Source: Bacteroidota bacterium (GTDB lineage Bacteria > Bacteroidota > Bacteroidia > Bacteroidales > GCA-2711565). From it: a DNA stretch of 64,000 nucleotides. The position numbers and the translations under genes are program-made. Location: contig JAHIVC010000099.1 of assembly GCA_018816945.1 (NCBI GenBank), forward strand, positions 128,554 through 192,553. Reading direction: 5' to 3'. Below the pieces are notes generated by a model. It searched no databases. It was not told the origin of the DNA and was given only the letters and a program-made list of their open reading frames with translations. Below are positions 59,101-64,000 of the stretch, piece after piece; the first letter of the stretch is position 1, and every line of letters begins with the position of its first letter.

Positions 59101-62055
59101 ACTATCTTTAATCCCTGCGATATTTTTATCCAGAACAAACCAATTAATTTCGGGATAAGGAACTCCGGCTGATTTTGGATCATAGAGTACAAAATATTTT
59201 TCATGCACAACCTCCACATCAAATTGATCTTCTGTTTTTATAATGAGTTTATAAATTCCAACCGACCAATTTGCAATATCCGGAAGATTAATGCCTGAAA
59301 CTTCTGTGGTATTTAGTTCTGCCTGAAAAGCCTGATAATCTATACCAAGGTTTTCAAAATTTTTCTCATCATCAAATTGCTCATGCTCAAAGTAAGTATA
59401 AAAGGTTTCCACATCGGTAAGAAAACGATCCGGACGTCGCCAATTTCTTTTTTTAAAAGCATTTACCGGATTTTTTAATTTGTAGATACTTGCCACATAG
59501 TTTACGGATTGAGGGACATCATTTAAGTCAGTTGCTACGATAGGAATCATTTTAATGTTCCGCTGGTTAACCTTTTCCGGCAAATCAGGTTTGATAATGA
59601 GGTTAGCATACCCTAATCGAATGCTGGTAATCGCCGATTGAGTTTCACCAACAATATCAGTTGACTCAACCTCTATCGTAAAATTAAAAAATTGCGCTGC
59701 TAATTCTTGTGAATCTTCCGCTGATTGAGCAAAGAACTTAATCCGAAAACGTCCGTTTTCATCGGTTTTTAATTCGCCATAATTGATTTGCTGTTTAGGT
59801 GAATAATAAAAATTACTGCGGCTAAAATACATCTGATAATTACTTCGTTTAACTTTAAATTTCAGCTGTGCCTCGGAAATTGGGTAGCGAGAAAAAGAAT
59901 TAACCTGACCACTTATAATTACTGTATCATTTAATCTGAATTGGGTTTTAAGCGTATCAAAAACGATTTCAAAATTCGGTCGCTTGTATTCTTCAACTGT
60001 AATATTAGTGCTTCCGTTTTCATTACTGATTAAAAAATTCCCGCCTAAATTGTTCATTGGAATAATCAAAGAACCATTAAACGAGCCAAATTCGTTCGAC
60101 AATAGTTTTAGTGATTTTAACAGTTTATGGTTGCCATCAAAAAATTCAACTTTGGTATTTTGATTAGGTACCACTTCAAACCGGCCATTTTTCTTTTGGT
60201 AAACGATTCCCTTAAAATAAATGGTTTGCCCCGGGCGATAAATACTTCGATCTGTAAAAAAATTTGTATTTAGTTCAATTCGTTCATTTAAAGAAATGGC
60301 ATTTCGGCTATAAATCCCGCTCTTGATTAAAGTATCTTTTTTGTGCGTAAAAATAAATCGTAAGTCTTTCGATTTGGGAAGATCCAATAATCGAACATAT
60401 CCATTTTTCCCTGAGACCAGAATTTTTTCAGATTTCCACTGGTAATCTTTTTTGGCCTGATTATAAACTGAGGATTGAACCTCCAGCTTAACGTCACTTA
60501 AAGGTTTGCCGCTTTTACGATTCAACACAAAAACATCCATGTTTCCGCTTGCATCTTCACGGTTAATAAAGCTAATTCCGGAAGCTAAAAAATAATTTAA
60601 CTGAACAGGTGATAAAGAATCGAAAGTGATACTTGATGAAGCAAGCAGGGCATAATATCCTTTGGGTACATCATGAATCCGTATCTGAACATTGTGTGAT
60701 TGAAAATCTCCTTCATTTGACAATTCCACTTTCCATTCATCAAAAATCGGTTGAATTAACAAATCCTTAATTTTTTGTTCATCTGAAAAACGGTTTATAT
60801 TTTCATTTTTTAAATAAACGATCGGAATTAATTTAAAATAAATACGATCCAGATTTGTATAGTTTAGGGATGATAAAATGGGTTGATCAGGCAACTCAAC
60901 CGACTTGATCGTTAACTCAAATTGTGGTTTTTTAATTGTTTCGATAAGCTCCATGCATGCTTTGGCCGCTCCTGTATTTGGGTACTTTTGGACTGCGATT
61001 TGCGCGTATTCCAAACCCTTCTTAATTTCCCATTGGTATTTACTTCGCTGGTAGTGGTCATAATTATTTCCACGATTTATGTAAGTTTGGGCAAGCTCAT
61101 AATAAACCTGTGACACACTTTGATTGGATTCATATTTTTTGGTCAAATTCAGTAACGTTTCAATATACTTCTGATCAAATTTTTCGGTCGGTAAAAAAGC
61201 TGTTTTTGCATATTTTATTCTTTGCAAATCAACATAAATCAATGCTTCGGTATCTTGGTATTTCGAATGGATGCCAATCAATGATTGGTATTCCTGAAGT
61301 GCCGACAGCCTTAAATCTTCGTCTTGCTGATTAAATTTAAGAGCCAAAAAAATATTCGCAGGAGCTAAAAACCTTTCTTTTTCATTAGCTGATAAAGACC
61401 CGGAAATGTTTAATGATTCAGCTCCTAACTCAGCATAGCATTTAATGGCCCTAAAAGCCAGGATATCGTAAAGTGATGGTGAATATTCCCGATTCAATGA
61501 GTCTTTAACAAAAAAAACCTCATCTGCAAAATAATATTGGTTTAACGAATCAACACTTTGAAGTGAAGCACGAAAATGAGTTCTTATTTTTTTATAAAAA
61601 TCATCCTTGCTCCAGTTTTGAATATTCGTGGTCGTGTCTGATTTGATGGAGGTTCTTTGGTTTATTTTCCAACGATTTTTTTGATAATATTGGTAATGTA
61701 CTCCCGCAATCACCGAGTTAATGATTTGCCTGTGAGGCGTTTTGCTGCCTCTTAATTCTTGCTGAAGTTCACCCAAAAAATCTACCGGAATATCCAGCTC
61801 CAATGCTTGATTAGCTTTATAAAACAATGCACGAATAAAATTGGTGAGGTCGGGCTGTGTAGTTTTTGAGATTTGGTAAATCCTGTTAATTTCCAATTTG
61901 GCTGATTTATTCAATCCATTATTAATCAATGAGTCAACCAACAACCAATCATTCTTAGTTACGAATTTGGATTCAAAATTTTGAGCCTGCAAAGTGCAAT
62001 GCATACCCATTATTATAATGAATGCTAAGATTAGTCGCGTTTTCATCAACCTCAT
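56107..62055 (-). CDS. Alpha-2-macroglobulin-family large secreted protein (thioester-less)
   Basis: It is 1982 aa with a signal peptide, a long array of beta-sandwich (MG-like) segments and a helical TED-like region (GSWSWF, WLLKQKQTRMWSN). There is no CxEQ motif anywhere, and LPYIAEGNSED occupies the expected position. Confidence 0.8.
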   Translation of the reverse strand: MRLMKTRLILAFIIIMGMHCTLQAQNFESKFVTKNDWLLVDSLINNGLNKSAKLEINRIYQISKTTQPDLTNFIRALFYKANQALELDIPVDFLGELQQELRGSKTPHRQIINSVIAGVHYQYYQKNRWKINQRTSIKSDTTTNIQNWSKDDFYKKIRTHFRASLQSVDSLNQYYFADEVFFVKDSLNREYSPSLYDILAFRAIKCYAELGAESLNISGSLSANEKERFLAPANIFLALKFNQQDEDLRLSALQEYQSLIGIHSKYQDTEALIYVDLQRIKYAKTAFLPTEKFDQKYIETLLNLTKKYESNQSVSQVYYELAQTYINRGNNYDHYQRSKYQWEIKKGLEYAQIAVQKYPNTGAAKACMELIETIKKPQFELTIKSVELPDQPILSSLNYTNLDRIYFKLIPIVYLKNENINRFSDEQKIKDLLIQPIFDEWKVELSNEGDFQSHNVQIRIHDVPKGYYALLASSSITFDSLSPVQLNYFLASGISFINREDASGNMDVFVLNRKSGKPLSDVKLEVQSSVYNQAKKDYQWKSEKILVSGKNGYVRLLDLPKSKDLRFIFTHKKDTLIKSGIYSRNAISLNERIELNTNFFTDRSIYRPGQTIYFKGIVYQKKNGRFEVVPNQNTKVEFFDGNHKLLKSLKLLSNEFGSFNGSLIIPMNNLGGNFLISNENGSTNITVEEYKRPNFEIVFDTLKTQFRLNDTVIISGQVNSFSRYPISEAQLKFKVKRSNYQMYFSRSNFYYSPKQQINYGELKTDENGRFRIKFFAQSAEDSQELAAQFFNFTIEVESTDIVGETQSAITSIRLGYANLIIKPDLPEKVNQRNIKMIPIVATDLNDVPQSVNYVASIYKLKNPVNAFKKRNWRRPDRFLTDVETFYTYFEHEQFDDEKNFENLGIDYQAFQAELNTTEVSGINLPDIANWSVGIYKLIIKTEDQFDVEVVHEKYFVLYDPKSAGVPYPEINWFVLDKNIAGIKDSLGFVIGSAMKNLSVLYELQQDNKVIQSQWLQLDKAQKRIRIPLTKMNGKDFNINLIFVSDNEIYEHNEHVTIVDPVKELKLKLETFRPIILPGSKEEWKIKIIGKEKPITELLVSMMDASLDKIKLHQWQFTLPNYSYNQITWNTSFGFDIYGGRNQYNFYRPGYFSQWSESTPQLKWDFINNSYSGNRILKSMAGKTAGVMTEQETDAQVFSVVENIPEEEIKIRTNFSETAFFYPSLKTDEAGNAIIKFTSPESLTRWKFMVIGHTKNLRIAALEQNIITQKKLMIKPNLPRFLRSGDTLYFSSQIINLSEKVIQGKASLKFFDASNMKPVIGIITDEVEKSFKINANSSLDKQWKLVIPNGINAVVYRLTATSENFSDGEERIIPILSDKILVTESLPIHLNPKEEKKIVFENLVASADNKALVHHQLKFEMTTNPAWYAVLALPYIAEGNSEDAISLYNRFYANTMAAHLLKSQPQIRPVFKAWKAGNSSALNSQLEKNPELKSVLLEETPWLMDARNESEQRKKLGLFFDDNQISQQLRDNLSELLKNQLADGSWSWFKGMYGSRYITQQIVSGLVRLRARKVFDKNTLTEIEQPMKDAIQYLNRQLVDDYQYLKNNNKLRFANIHLSNIQIQHLFLLSYLSDFTEEDAKFKSAIAYYFTEEQKFWMERSEYMQGMIALTLFRYGDTETAELILASLKERAVQNEELGIYWPDMDGFYWYQAPVETQAFLIEVFSEIGNNKTFVAGLKKWLLKQKQTRMWSNPRASVDAVNALLTGSANLLSSQIPVQVKFANKNIEPQNVEAGTGFSVRAWQGNEIKANMGNVHLKNLNTQMAWGAMHWQYFDQLDQIYSSKGILNIEKKLFLKETTKSGNILIPIADRKIKIGDKIVSRMIIELDRDMEFVHINDMRALAFEPVQVLSGYKFEDGVGYYKKISDLATNYFFDLLKAGSYIIENEMYVTQKGTFSNGISTIQCLYAPEFSSHSEGIRVIIE

Positions 62056-62173
62056 TTAAAAGAATAAATTTACAAAAATCATTCCTTATGTGGAACTTAA
62101 ACAAAGGTATCTGCTTTTGATGTATCAAAATGAAATATCAAAAAATATGTGCCAAATTAACCGAAAGGTGCAA

Positions 62174-64000
62174 TCAGATTACGATGTTCACAATTTTCTT
62201 TGGAACAACAATAACTTTTTGGGGTGATTTGCCTTCAAGCCATTTTTGAGCTTCATCTGAATTGAGTACGGTTTTTTCAACATCTTCTTTCGACATATCG
62301 ATGGGAAGCGAAATTTTAAAACGCATTTTTCCGTTAAAAGAAACCGGATAAATTACAGCATCTTCTTTTATATATTCTTCTCTCAATTTAGGAAAAGTGG
62401 CGTATGTTACGGTTTCATTATGTCCCAGTAATGACCATAATTCTTCCGCCACATGAGGTGCATAGGAAGAAATAAGTACCGTCAGTGGATCCAGGATTGC
62501 CCGTTTGTTGCATTTCAGATCGGTTAATTCGTTCACGCAAATCATTAAAGTACTTACAACCGTATTAAATGAATAACGCTCAATATCGTCCTGTGCTCTT
62601 TTGATTGTTTTATGTAAAACTTTAAGTTCGTCTTTGCTTGGCAGCTCTTCAGATACCACAAAACGATTTTCTGCATCATGATATAATCGCCACAATTTTT
62701 TCATAAACCTAAAAACACCCTCAATGCCTTTAATATCCCAGGGTTTGTGGTATTCCAAAGGTCCCAAAAACATTTCGTAAAGCCGTAAAGTATCAGCTCC
62801 ATATTTTTCGATCAGGTCATCAGGGTTTTGAACATTATGCTTGGATTTCGACATTTTTTCTACCTCATGACCACAAATAAATTTACCATCCTCCAAAATA
62901 AATTCTGAATCAGCAAACTCCGGTCTCCATTGTTTAAAAGCTTCGGTATCCAAAACATCATTATCCACTAAACTGATATCAACATGGATCGGAGTTGAGA
63001 ACAATTCGCGGTCTTGTACTCCTTTTGAAATAAATATGGGCTTCAGTTCCCTAATTTCATGACGATTAAAAATGATCCCTTTTTTTACTTCTTTAATGGC
63101 TTTTTGGGTTTCATCAATAAAGGCTTTTGTATTTTCAATGATATCAGCGATAGGAAGTAGCAATAATTTCTTCCCTTTTTCTTTGACATATTTTTCGTAG
63201 TAACTTTCAAGCTTTGGCTGACTTTTAATTTCAATAATTAAATTGGCCTCTTCAACAAAGAAATCAAAATTACGGTGTCCGTCGCGATATTCGCGAACCA
63301 CCCCTTTTTCCATTCCGTTTTTCTTGAAGAATTCCCACAATAAGTGTTCTGCATATTTTTCGTGATTTACCCGAAACACAAAACTTGAGCGACCCTGAAT
63401 TTTCCCTTGGTTAATCAGCTTTTTAAACGGTTCGTCTTTTTTAACCATTCCGATATCAAAGAGGAATTTATTCCAGAAACGTGAATAAAGTAAGTGCCCA
63501 ACCGCATGCTCATCTCCTCCTATATATAGATCAACATCCTGCCAGTATTCATTGGCCTCCTTCGAGAAATATTCATTCTCATTTTTCGGATCCATGTACC
63601 GTAAATAATAAGCGCTTGAACCTGCAAAACCGGGCATGGTGTTGATTTCGATGGGATAACCTTCTTTAGTTACCCAGTTTTTTGCTCTGGCCAATGGTGG
63701 TTCTCCGCTTTCAGTTGGTAAATATTTATCTACATCAGGAAGCAGTAGCGGCAATTGATCTTCATTCATTACATAAGGAATGCCGTCCTTGTAGTAAACA
63801 GGAAAAGGCTCGCCCCAATAACGCTGGCGGCTAAAAATAGCATCGCGTAAACGATAATTTACCGTTCCAAATCCAACTTCCAATTCATTAATTTTTGCAA
63901 TCGCTGCCTGAATTGCTTCTTTTACCTCCATGCCATCCAAAAATTCGGAATTCATCATTTTGCCTTCTTTGGCATCATACGATTCTTCCGAAATATCACC
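62174..64000 (-). CDS. leuS: Leucine--tRNA ligase, C-terminal ~608 aa (the 5' part lies beyond the right edge)
   Basis: [21 protein letters not shown], the KMSKSK loop and the anticodon-binding tail are present. The frame stays open through 63959-64000 (..[20 protein letters not shown]..), so the listed Met is internal. Confidence 0.93.
   Translation of the reverse strand, partial: GDISEESYDAKEGKMMNSEFLDGMEVKEAIQAAIAKINELEVGFGTVNYRLRDAIFSRQRYWGEPFPVYYKDGIPYVMNEDQLPLLLPDVDKYLPTESGEPPLARAKNWVTKEGYPIEINTMPGFAGSSAYYLRYMDPKNENEYFSKEANEYWQDVDLYIGGDEHAVGHLLYSRFWNKFLFDIGMVKKDEPFKKLINQGKIQGRSSFVFRVNHEKYAEHLLWEFFKKNGMEKGVVREYRDGHRNFDFFVEEANLIIEIKSQPKLESYYEKYVKEKGKKLLLLPIADIIENTKAFIDETQKAIKEVKKGIIFNRHEIRELKPIFISKGVQDRELFSTPIHVDISLVDNDVLDTEAFKQWRPEFADSEFILEDGKFICGHEVEKMSKSKHNVQNPDDLIEKYGADTLRLYEMFLGPLEYHKPWDIKGIEGVFRFMKKLWRLYHDAENRFVVSEELPSKDELKVLHKTIKRAQDDIERYSFNTVVSTLMICVNELTDLKCNKRAILDPLTVLISSYAPHVAEELWSLLGHNETVTYATFPKLREEYIKEDAVIYPVSFNGKMRFKISLPIDMSKEDVEKTVLNSDEAQKWLEGKSPQKVIVVPKKIVNIVI

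Noticed and set aside
62999-63367. An intein as the explanation for the LeuS insertion.
   Set aside because: There is no Cys/Ser/Thr at the N-terminal junction paired with a His-Asn plus Cys/Ser/Thr C-terminal junction. The size (~120 aa) is too small for a typical intein with an endonuclease. An in-frame domain insertion is the better description.
1-64000. tRNA, rRNA, tmRNA, RNase P or SRP RNA genes, and IS, transposase, integrase, toxin-antitoxin or restriction-modification genes.
   Set aside because: I scanned all intergenic regions longer than 100 nt by eye for cloverleaf-like GTTCGAAT/TPsiC arms and conserved RNA boxes, and I scanned the ORF list for DDE, tyrosine-recombinase or nuclease hallmarks. 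None was found. A tRNAscan/Infernal run would be the definitive check.

Overview
This is a low-GC chromosomal segment that looks like Bacteroidota. Supporting signs are an atpBEFHAG operon without atpD/atpC, purH-mreBCD synteny, many lipoproteins with Cys lipoboxes, TAnnTTTG-type promoter motifs, DUF4369/TlpA proteins and a BlaR1-TonB fusion. About 60 protein-coding genes are supported and most are housekeeping: recJ, purH, mreBCD, nadA, rpiB, argF-type OTCase, ferritin, F-ATPase, dcp, aspS and leuS. I found no rRNA, tRNA, CRISPR array, transposase, integrase or recognisable defence system. Six things are not explained by ordinary annotation. (1) A divergent S8 subtilase gene sits inside a MacAB-type ABC/HlyD operon. 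(2) A 2.1-kb DUF4422 glycosyltransferase plus FkbM methyltransferase cassette is bracketed by ~220-bp direct repeats that duplicate a whole divergent promoter region and both flanking gene starts. (3) A tightly packed operon encodes four secreted proteins or lipoproteins that share a paralogous domain and ends in an 869-aa, three-module LRR protein. (4) A radical-SAM gene overlaps a putative GME-fold (Cys-hydrolase-like) gene. (5) A ~120-aa in-frame insertion in LeuS has a DUF559/Vsr-like PD-(D/E)xK signature. (6) Several families of short dispersed or tandem intergenic repeats are present, some bracketing genes or duplicating gene ends in a MITE-like way. All functional calls come from by-eye motif recognition in the supplied translations. 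No database search was run, and all identity estimates are approximate.
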